From the IMG/VR virus record IMGVR_UViG_3300034200_001536, positions 39,215 through 103,214 of that record: DNA of 64,000 nucleotides. The stretch is one strand, 5' to 3'. Source of the DNA: a virus. Each line of letters begins with the position of its first letter. Position 1 is the stretch's first letter. Below the pieces are notes generated by a model. The model was not told the DNA's origin and did not search any database. It saw nothing but the letters and a program-made list of their open reading frames with translations. Below, one piece after another: positions 56,972 through 64,000 of this stretch. The position numbers and the translations under genes are program-made.

Positions 56972-57195
56972 TCAAGAACGCAGCAAAATGTTTAGTTTGT
57001 AACGAAATTGTAGAAAGTAAGCATCGTCACGATTTTGTTATGTGTAGATGTGGGAATATCGCCGTAGACGGTGGAAAAGATTATTTAAAGCGTTCTGTTC
57101 GTGGCAAAGGAATTAAAGACATGTCAGTAATGGCACACGATAAAGATTGCTATTGGCACAAAGATTGGGTACAGTGTAGCTGCGGTGCTTTCTAA
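56962..57195 (+). CDS. Zinc-binding protein
   Basis: CLVC..ESKHRHDFVMCRCGNIAVDGG. Confidence 0.65.
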   Translation: MQIIKNAAKCLVCNEIVESKHRHDFVMCRCGNIAVDGGKDYLKRSVRGKGIKDMSVMAHDKDCYWHKDWVQCSCGAF

Positions 57196-57602
57196 TGCCA
57201 ATTAAAAAAGATGAAACGTATTTTCGTCAATACGTAAACAAATTATTTTCACTTCCAAGCCGTACCGACAAATATGCGATTGTAGATGTAAAAAAGGTTG
57301 GCAAGATATATTATTTTGTTTATATCGGATTTGAAAATCATAGCAGCGATGAACCAGCTATGGAAGAATGTAAAACATTATTAAAAACAGTTAATATTCT
57401 AGACCTCCCGTATGATTATAAGTGTGAAAGTTGCTTAGACGCATGTGCAATAGTTAAGAATAGCGAACAAAATAATTTGTCTTGTCCAAAATGTTTTCAT
57501 GCATCAAATTGTCAATCTTGTGATGAATGTGGAGTGGATGTTTATTGGGAACACGCAAAGAAAAAAGATGATATGAGAGTTTGCGAGGATTGTTTTGAAT
57601 AA
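57195..57602 (+). CDS. Multi-CxxC hypothetical protein
   Basis: CESC, CPKC, CDEC, CEDC. Confidence 0.6.
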   Translation: MPIKKDETYFRQYVNKLFSLPSRTDKYAIVDVKKVGKIYYFVYIGFENHSSDEPAMEECKTLLKTVNILDLPYDYKCESCLDACAIVKNSEQNNLSCPKCFHASNCQSCDECGVDVYWEHAKKKDDMRVCEDCFE

Positions 57603-57804
57603 TCTTACTATCAATAAAACAAACGTTAAATGTTGTGAAAAGGGAAACCAAGCTCTTCATTATCTCCATAAACGCAAAGAGTTTATGATAATGTATGAAG
57701 GTGAAGAATGGTGGATTATCGTTGACTTCTGCCCGTGGTGTGGTGTAAAGTTAGATACATGGCACGTTGATTACGACAGAACTGAAAGGTTTGAAAAGAT
57801 ATGA
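57595..57804 (+). CDS. Hypothetical protein
   Basis: CC...FCPWCG. Confidence 0.55.
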   Translation: MNNLTINKTNVKCCEKGNQALHYLHKRKEFMIMYEGEEWWIIVDFCPWCGVKLDTWHVDYDRTERFEKI

Positions 57805-58001
57805 GCGGTAATCATAAATCAAAATCTTTAAATAATTTATTAGAATCATTAGAAAAAGCTGGTTGCATCTTAAACGAAACTAAGAACGGGATTAAGATAT
57901 ATGCACCCGATGGTATAAATACATATATTTGTCATAGAACCGAAAAGGCTTTTCACCCTGTTCGTAGGTGGGCTAACCGATTTGTGTTTAAGAATCTGTA
58001 A
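57801..58001 (+). CDS. Small protein, possible HicA-like fold
   Basis: LLESLEKAGC..TKNGIKIYAPDG..CH. Confidence 0.35.
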   Translation: MSGNHKSKSLNNLLESLEKAGCILNETKNGIKIYAPDGINTYICHRTEKAFHPVRRWANRFVFKNL

Positions 58002-58016
58002 AGAAAGAAACTTAAT

Positions 58017-58271
58017 ATGCCTAAGAAATCTAAACTGCAAAAGGTAATTGAAGCAGCGGCAGAAACTCCAGAAGTTCGTACTTTTAAACCTTATACTTGG
58101 ATTAAGTGTAATCGTCCTAGTATGTGGAGTGATAAATTAAAGAAAGACGCTCGTTATCTTTTTATGGGTTGGATTACGAACAATCCTGAATTTGGCGATA
58201 ATGCTGTTTTAATGGATGACCGTGGAGTATTTACTTGCTCAATAAAAGAAGAAGATTTTGAGGTTTACTAA
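58017..58271 (+). CDS. Hypothetical protein
   Basis: Tightly packed ORF. Confidence 0.55.
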   Translation: MPKKSKLQKVIEAAAETPEVRTFKPYTWIKCNRPSMWSDKLKKDARYLFMGWITNNPEFGDNAVLMDDRGVFTCSIKEEDFEVY

Positions 58272-58275
58272 TAAA

Positions 58276-58671
58276 ATGACTGAACATGAAATGCGATTAA
58301 AGATTCAGGAATATGATTGTACTTATGGTGATAATCCATTTTTAATTCATTGTCCTCTTAATAAGCCGTGCATGAAGCACAAGTATGAAAATCTTCACCA
58401 GAAACTTCTTGAAGAAACCCAGACAAAGGGTGTAGAATGTGATAAGTGTGGTTGGGCAATGAAGTTTCCTGACGAACCTTGTCGTTGTGAATTGGAAGAA
58501 AAAGTAAAGTTATTGAGAAGTGCTTTGGATATCTTATTTGACGAAGCTACCAATAGCAGCAATATATATACACACGATGGTTGGAATGTACGTAATCCTT
58601 ATCTTGAATTACCGAAAAAGGTAGAAGAACAGGTACGTGAAGCTTTAAGAGTAACAGAGGATATCCAATGA
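58276..58671 (+). CDS. Hypothetical protein
   Basis: GAGG SD; CDKC..CRC. Confidence 0.55.
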   Translation: MTEHEMRLKIQEYDCTYGDNPFLIHCPLNKPCMKHKYENLHQKLLEETQTKGVECDKCGWAMKFPDEPCRCELEEKVKLLRSALDILFDEATNSSNIYTHDGWNVRNPYLELPKKVEEQVREALRVTEDIQ

Positions 58672-58904
58672 AAATCAGATTAAATAGAGCGCCTTATATT
58701 TGTCCAGTATTAAATGACCATTTAGGCGGTGGTGCAGGACATTATCAATTTGGTACTTCATGGTTAAATGTTCTTGTTGACTTCCAAAAAGAAAAGGAAG
58801 ATGATATGTTTTGGACAGGTAAAATCATCACACGTTATGAAAATACGGATGGTTGGTTACAGGTAGAATTATATAAAGAGTGCTTTGACGTTGTGGAGGA
58901 ATAA
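58668..58904 (+). CDS. Hypothetical protein
   Basis: ATGA overlap; GAGGA SD. Confidence 0.55.
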   Translation: MKIRLNRAPYICPVLNDHLGGGAGHYQFGTSWLNVLVDFQKEKEDDMFWTGKIITRYENTDGWLQVELYKECFDVVEE

Positions 58905-58905
58905 G

Positions 58906-59175
58906 ATGAAGCGCTATTTTGCCAAAAAAGACACATTCTTTAAAGAAGGTTCAGAAGCTTTTAGAGAAGACGAAATGTTTGCTTATGGTACTTTGTTTAA
59001 TGATGATGGGACTCCAACAAGCTCTGCTATTTATCGTGGAATCTATGTAGTTGGTTCAAACGGTGGAAAAGGCACAAATGATGAATATTGGTATGGAAAA
59101 GGTCATAAAGACGGTGATGAAGTATTTATAGGAGAACATTGCACCGATGATGAATTTGAAGTATTGGAGGAATAA
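58906..59175 (+). CDS. Hypothetical protein
   Basis: GGAGGA SD. Confidence 0.6.
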   Translation: MKRYFAKKDTFFKEGSEAFREDEMFAYGTLFNDDGTPTSSAIYRGIYVVGSNGGKGTNDEYWYGKGHKDGDEVFIGEHCTDDEFEVLEE

Positions 59176-59441
59176 TGAAACGCTATCTTCTAACTGCTGG
59201 TGATTGCTACTATCCCCAGAGTGGTGATAATGATTGGGTTGGAATGTTTGACACGGTGGAAGAAGCAGAGAGACTTATACAACGTGAAACTGTGCATGAA
59301 TATTTCAGCCGCGGTCCGCGTAAAGGACAAGTTAAATCTTCTAAAGAAGTATTAAAGATTCGTGATACAGAAATTGATTGGTACGAAATAATTGATTTGC
59401 AAAATTGGAGTGGTGGCTATATGTCAAGGTGGAATCCATGA
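59175..59441 (+). CDS. Hypothetical protein
   Basis: TAATG coupling; GGAGGA SD. Confidence 0.6.
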   Translation: MKRYLLTAGDCYYPQSGDNDWVGMFDTVEEAERLIQRETVHEYFSRGPRKGQVKSSKEVLKIRDTEIDWYEIIDLQNWSGGYMSRWNP

Positions 59442-59635
59442 GCGATAATCCGCTAGCTGGAGAATTATGGTTAGATAAACATAATGATAATTATTTATTT
59501 ATCACCACTCAAAAAATGATGATTTCTTCTTCTCTTGACCAAGAATGGATTTGGTGGCATAATATAAGCTGTAACACAGACGGTAATTCATCGTTAGAAT
59601 ACTTCTTAAACCGTTGCATAAAGGTAAACAAATAA
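59438..59635 (+). CDS. Hypothetical protein
   Basis: ATGA overlap. Confidence 0.5.
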   Translation: MSDNPLAGELWLDKHNDNYLFITTQKMMISSSLDQEWIWWHNISCNTDGNSSLEYFLNRCIKVNK

Positions 59636-59880
59636 TGACAACTGAACAATTTACTTATTGGTTACAAGGTTATTTTGAGTTATCAGGCGCAACTTCATTA
59701 AATGAACAGCAAGTAAAGATTATAAAAGACCATATTTCTCTTGTAATAAACAAACAAACTCCAGTAGGAATTACAATTACTGGTGGTAGTTTATATAATT
59801 ACGATAGAGATGGAATTAGAATAATGGATACCTCTCCAGCTACAAATATTATTGATGTTCCGACTAATTTAACTTGCTAA
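59635..59880 (+). CDS. Hypothetical protein (MTTEQFTYWLQGYFEL)
   Basis: TAATG coupling. Confidence 0.6.
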   Translation: MTTEQFTYWLQGYFELSGATSLNEQQVKIIKDHISLVINKQTPVGITITGGSLYNYDRDGIRIMDTSPATNIIDVPTNLTC

Positions 59881-59883
59881 TTT

Positions 59884-60021
59884 ATGTCTAATGAAGAATT
59901 ATTAGATTTATTAATTCGTGCCGCAGGCAATAATAATGAGTTTGACAATAGAAGAGAATTAGAATACTATAGATTAGAAGTCTTACAAAGGATGAAGAAT
60001 GAGCGAAAACAAAAAGTCTAG
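59884..60021 (+). CDS. 45-aa hypothetical protein
   Basis: Fills the gap between neighbours; not in ORF track. Confidence 0.45.
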   Translation: MSNEELLDLLIRAAGNNNEFDNRRELEYYRLEVLQRMKNERKQKV

Positions 60022-60193
60022 CGACTACGAACGTGGTCGTATTCAAGGATTACGGAAAGCGGTAAAGATTCTGGAAAATCAGTTAAGAAAAAATCAACGT
60101 TTTTATGACCGCACGCTACTTGGAGTTGGAAGTATCGTAGAGATAGAAAAAATCTTACTGCTGTTGAAAAGCGAGCTATCTAATATTAGATAA
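59999..60193 (+). CDS. Hypothetical protein
   Basis: AGGA SD. Confidence 0.55.
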   Translation: MSENKKSSDYERGRIQGLRKAVKILENQLRKNQRFYDRTLLGVGSIVEIEKILLLLKSELSNIR

Positions 60194-60224
60194 AAAAATA
60201 TTAATTAATCTTTCATAGGCATTA

Positions 60225-60266
60225 TCCTTTTACCGATACTATTTATAGTATGACCGTGTAAAAGGA
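60225..60266 (+). promoter_or_regulatory. RBS-sequestering hairpin with late motif ACTATTTAT at apex
   Basis: TCCTTTTAC pairs with GTAAAAGGA (covers SD); inner ATACTA/TAGTAT stem. Confidence 0.7.
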
Positions 60267-60274
60267 GACAAATT

Positions 60275-61066
60275 ATGCGTAAAAACGTAAAAGAAAGAAG
60301 AATAGAAGGTAGACACAAAATATGTCCTAATTGTAAAGCAGAATTTTGTTCTATAACTCCAACTGGTTATAGAACACCAAAATCTGTTTCTTGTTCAGAA
60401 GAATGTGCTAGACTATTTGCTGTTAATAAAAGATATGAAAATGGTACGTATAGTAAAAACGACAAAGCAATAGAAAAGATGCACGCAACAAAACGGTCCA
60501 AGAACCCTGATTATGGTAAGAAATGGGATGCAAGAAAACAAGAGATTAAACAAAGAGGATTGGGCGGTTTTGATAAAACCAAATATAAGCATTGGTCACA
60601 AACCCCAGAGGGTAAAAAAAGAATCAGCGAAATTCATACTGGAAGATTTGTAGAAGAAAGTACGAGAAAGTTAAACTCAGAAAGAATGAAAAAACTTCTT
60701 CATGAACATCCAGAAAAAGTTTATTCTAATGCCAATGGCGGTAGAAGAAAAGATTTAAATGATAAATATTTCAGAAGTAATTGGGAAGCCAATTATGCTC
60801 GCATATTGAATGAGCAAAAGATTTCTTGGGAATATGAACCAGAAACATTTTCTTTATCTAATGGTTTAACATATACTCCAGATTTTAAAATCGCTCCAAA
60901 TAAATATGTTGAAATTAAGGGATGGTATGACAATGATTCTAAAGAAAAGATAAGTCTTTTTTTAAAAGAGTATCCTCATTTAGAGCTTGATTTGATAGGC
61001 GAAACAGAGTATTATAGTCTTCGTAACGTATTCAAGAACAAAATTCCACTTTGGGAAGGTAAATAA
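60275..61066 (+). CDS. Free-standing PD-(D/E)xK endonuclease with NUMOD3-like segment (homing-endonuclease-like)
   Basis: TPEGKKRISE..TGR; FRSNWEANYA, WEYEP, YTPDF, VEIKG. Confidence 0.7.
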   Translation: MRKNVKERRIEGRHKICPNCKAEFCSITPTGYRTPKSVSCSEECARLFAVNKRYENGTYSKNDKAIEKMHATKRSKNPDYGKKWDARKQEIKQRGLGGFDKTKYKHWSQTPEGKKRISEIHTGRFVEESTRKLNSERMKKLLHEHPEKVYSNANGGRRKDLNDKYFRSNWEANYARILNEQKISWEYEPETFSLSNGLTYTPDFKIAPNKYVEIKGWYDNDSKEKISLFLKEYPHLELDLIGETEYYSLRNVFKNKIPLWEGK

Positions 61067-64000
61067 TGTCTGATAGAAAGAAATCATCAATTCCGTTTTT
61101 CTCCATGCATATGCACTCCACTTATTCCATATATGATGGGATTGGCTATCCTGATGATTTTGCTGACTTTTCTTACGATAACGGATTATCGGGAATGGCT
61201 ATGACCGAGCACGGCTCAATGAATTCCTTTAGCCATGCTTTCATGAAAGCCAAAAAAATGAAAGAGCAGGGAATAAACGACTTTAAGATTGCGTATGGAA
61301 TTGAGGCTTATATTCACCCCTCAATCTCTCAGTGGAAGCAAGAACATTTAAAGCACAAGGAAGATGCAAAGCTTGCCAAGCAAGTTGATGATGATATTGG
61401 TCTGGTTGTAGAGAATGAGAGCGAAACCAAGAAGGGTATTCGTTCTTCTCTTAATCGCCGTTCTCATCTTGTGTTGGTGGCGCAGAATCAGAAGGGTCTA
61501 AACAATCTTTTCAAGCTTGTCTCAGATTCATATCGTGGCGATAACTTCTATCGTTTCCCACGTATGGATTATGAACTGCTTAAGAAGCACAATGAAGGTA
61601 TTATTGCTAGTTCCGCTTGTCTTGGCGGTGTACTTGCCAATGACTATTGGGATAACATTGATAAGGGCGATAAGGCTGTTTATGCAGCAATGGAAAAGAC
61701 TGTACAGAACATGATGGATATCTTTGGCGACCGCTTTTACGGTGAATTACAGTGGGCAAACTATAAGGAACAGCACATTGTAAATCAATTTGTTATTAAT
61801 CTTTCCAAGCAATTTGGTTTCAAACTAATTAGCACTTGTGATGCACACTTCCCTAATCCTGATATGTGGAAGGACCGTGAAATCTATAAGATGCTTGGTT
61901 GGGTAGGAAAAGGTGGTAATGACCTCAAAATTGATGCACTTCCACACACGCTGGAAGAAATGGAATATCAGCTTTATCCCAAGAATGGTGACGAACTATT
62001 CGCAACGTATAAGCGTTTTTCAGGCGCTCTTGGATTTAGTTACGATGATAAATTGGTAGAGGAGAGTATCGCTCGTACTGCGGATATTCTTAAGAACCGC
62101 ATTGAAGATTATATGCCTGATACGGCAGTTAAGCTTCCGTCCTTCGTTATTCCTGAAGGAGAAAGCGCTGATAGTGCATTGGCAAAAATTGCCGTTGATG
62201 CATTAAAGAACACTGGTCTGTACAAAGACAACGATTATGTTTCCAGACTTAAGGAAGAACTCCACACCATTAAGGACCGTGGATTCTCTAAGTATTTCCT
62301 TACAATGAAAAAGATTTCCGATAAGTCTAAGGAAGTTCAGCTTTGCGGCGCAGGTCGTGGGTCAGGTGCAGGTTCACTTGTATCTTATCTCCTCAATATT
62401 ACAGAGGTAGACCCAATCAAGTATAAGCTCCAGTTCTCACGTTTTATTCGCCGCAACGCTAAGGACATGCCTGATATTGACTTTGACGTTTCCGACCCGA
62501 TGGAAATCAAGGAAATGTTTATCAAGGAATTCGGTGAAAACACTGTTGTTCCTATCTCAAACTATAACACTCTAAAGGCACGTTCTCTTGTTAAGGATAT
62601 TAGCAAGCTATATGGTATTCCTTTTACAGAGGTAAATGAAGTTACGTCCAAAATGATTCATGAGGCAACTCCTGTCTGTAAGAAGATTCATGGAATTATT
62701 GCGGGTGTGTATGAGCCTACTTGGGAAGAACTAAAGGAACATTCTCCTTCCCTTGTTTCATATCTAAAGAAGTATCCACACGTTGCGACACACGTTGATA
62801 ACTTGCAGAAGCAAGTTCGTTCAATTTCTCGCCATGCTGGTGGTGTATTGTTCGCAGATAATATTGACCAAGTAATGCCGCTAATTAACAGCGGTGGTAT
62901 TATTCAAACTCCTTGGACAGAAGGACAAACTGTTCGTCACTTGGAGCCGCTTGGATTCATCAAGTTCGATATTCTTGGTCTTGCTTCACTCCGCATGATT
63001 GAAGGAGCGATTGAGCATATCTTGAAGCGGCACCACAATATGCCAAATCCGTCATTTGCGGACATCAAGAAGTATTATAACGAAAAGCTACATCCAGAAA
63101 AGATTGACCTTAATGACGAAGGTGTATATAAGCACGTCTTTAATGAAGGCAACTTCTGCGGAACGTTCCAGTTCACCAGCAAGAATGCACAGAAATTCTG
63201 CATGCAAGCAAAGCCAAAGAACATTGTAGATATTGCCGCTATTACGTCAATTTTCCGTCCCGGTCCATTGTCTGCAAACGTTCATGAAAATTATATCACT
63301 GCAAAGAATAATCCTGAGTCTATTCGTTATGCACATCCACTAATTAAAGAAGTAACACAAGAAACATTTGGCTTCCTTGTTTTCCAAGAACAACTAAGCT
63401 TACTCGCTCACAAATTAGGTAAGGATATTTCGCTGGATGAAGGCAACGAACTCAGAAAAGTTCTCACAAAGAAAGGCACTGGAAAAGAAGCTCAAGTTAA
63501 AGAGAAGCTGTACGGCAAGTTCATTGCCGGTTGCACCGAAAAAGGTCTTTCAGAGGATGACGGAATCTCTCTTTGGAAGACTATGGAATTCTTCTCAGGA
63601 TATGGCTTTAACCTTTCTCATGCTATCTGTTATTCTATACTTTCTTATCAGTGTGCTTATCTTTTCTATCATTACCCTGCTGAATGGCTTGCTGCCTTCT
63701 TGGATAAAGAACCAGAAGACAGAAAAGAAGCAGCAATAAGTCTTGCTAAATATTATGGGTTTAACATCAAGGGTCTAGACATTAATTTGTCTGGAACTAA
63801 ATGGGAAGTTGATAGTGATGGTAAAACATTAATCCAACCGTTATCTTCTATTAAGGGTCTTGGTGATACGGCTATGGCGGAAATCATGAAGCATCGTCCA
63901 TTTAGGGATGTAGAGCATTTACTATTCAGTGAAGATATTGTTTACAGCAAACTAAACAAAAAGGCTTTGGACGCATTAACACGCAGCGGTGCAATGAATA
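61066..64000 (+). CDS. dnaE: DNA polymerase III alpha subunit (family C), 3'-truncated
   Basis: Manual translation from ATG 61066: PHP motifs HMHSTYSIYDG and MTEHG; GRGSGAGS, PDIDFD, HAGG, KFDILGL, FQEQ, GYGFNLSHA; open to window end. Confidence 0.95.
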   Translation, partial: MSDRKKSSIPFFSMHMHSTYSIYDGIGYPDDFADFSYDNGLSGMAMTEHGSMNSFSHAFMKAKKMKEQGINDFKIAYGIEAYIHPSISQWKQEHLKHKEDAKLAKQVDDDIGLVVENESETKKGIRSSLNRRSHLVLVAQNQKGLNNLFKLVSDSYRGDNFYRFPRMDYELLKKHNEGIIASSACLGGVLANDYWDNIDKGDKAVYAAMEKTVQNMMDIFGDRFYGELQWANYKEQHIVNQFVINLSKQFGFKLISTCDAHFPNPDMWKDREIYKMLGWVGKGGNDLKIDALPHTLEEMEYQLYPKNGDELFATYKRFSGALGFSYDDKLVEESIARTADILKNRIEDYMPDTAVKLPSFVIPEGESADSALAKIAVDALKNTGLYKDNDYVSRLKEELHTIKDRGFSKYFLTMKKISDKSKEVQLCGAGRGSGAGSLVSYLLNITEVDPIKYKLQFSRFIRRNAKDMPDIDFDVSDPMEIKEMFIKEFGENTVVPISNYNTLKARSLVKDISKLYGIPFTEVNEVTSKMIHEATPVCKKIHGIIAGVYEPTWEELKEHSPSLVSYLKKYPHVATHVDNLQKQVRSISRHAGGVLFADNIDQVMPLINSGGIIQTPWTEGQTVRHLEPLGFIKFDILGLASLRMIEGAIEHILKRHHNMPNPSFADIKKYYNEKLHPEKIDLNDEGVYKHVFNEGNFCGTFQFTSKNAQKFCMQAKPKNIVDIAAITSIFRPGPLSANVHENYITAKNNPESIRYAHPLIKEVTQETFGFLVFQEQLSLLAHKLGKDISLDEGNELRKVLTKKGTGKEAQVKEKLYGKFIAGCTEKGLSEDDGISLWKTMEFFSGYGFNLSHAICYSILSYQCAYLFYHYPAEWLAAFLDKEPEDRKEAAISLAKYYGFNIKGLDINLSGTKWEVDSDGKTLIQPLSSIKGLGDTAMAEIMKHRPFRDVEHLLFSEDIVYSKLNKKALDALTRSGAMN

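Noticed and set aside
876-57669. Minus-strand and alternate-frame ORFs in the track
   Set aside because: They overlap well-supported + strand genes and lack recognisable motifs; treated as shadows.
61517-63739. Track ORFs 61517..61714 and 63437..63739
   Set aside because: Out of frame inside the continuous dnaE frame starting at 61066.
1-64000. CRISPR arrays, tRNAs, rRNAs, DGR/retron, integrase or transposase
   Set aside because: Intergenic gaps are short; no repeat-spacer periodicity, cloverleaf, RT or recombinase motifs were seen by eye.
9584-64000. Inteins or introns in terminase, RecA, helicase, NrdJ, DnaE
   Set aside because: Lengths and motif spacing look normal; no splice-junction motifs seen.
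1-64000. Stop-codon reassignment
   Set aside because: Core genes are full length in the standard code; TAA, TAG and TGA all end genes.

Overview
A 64 kb segment of a large, AT-rich lytic myophage genome with a T4-like virion module and bacterial-type replication genes. All credible genes lie on the + strand in the standard code. Order: two paralogous Ser/Thr/Gly-rich virion proteins, RuvC-like resolvase, primase, fused SbcD-SbcC, a membrane/lysis-like trio, terminase, portal, prohead protease, an S74-chaperone fibre, a bS21 homolog, scaffold, major capsid, neck, sheath, two tube paralogs, gp26/gp51-like chaperone, tape measure and baseplate genes. Next come a short family-A polymerase, degenerate tubulin-like protein, gp32-like SSB, RecA, UvsE, Zn deaminase, 5'-3' exonuclease, HNH endonuclease, DnaB, thioredoxin, class II RNR, GroES, ThyX, Ntn protease, PMM, a Cys-repeat/vWA lipoprotein, small ORFs, a PD-(D/E)xK endonuclease, and DnaE running off the end (missing from the ORF track). 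Most notable observations: (1) a prfB-like +1 frameshift cassette in the deaminase gene; (2) a T7 slippery site joining the gp26-like gene to a start-less gp51-like frame; (3) an ACTAWTTA putative late-promoter motif, twice inside RBS-occluding hairpins; (4) a family of proteins with a MKITKxxLKxIIKEE leader, possibly capsid cargo; (5) dense [ST][GAS]S motifs in virion proteins, possibly modification sequons; (6) apparent avoidance of GATC and CCWGG. All calls come from reading motifs by eye; no searches were run.
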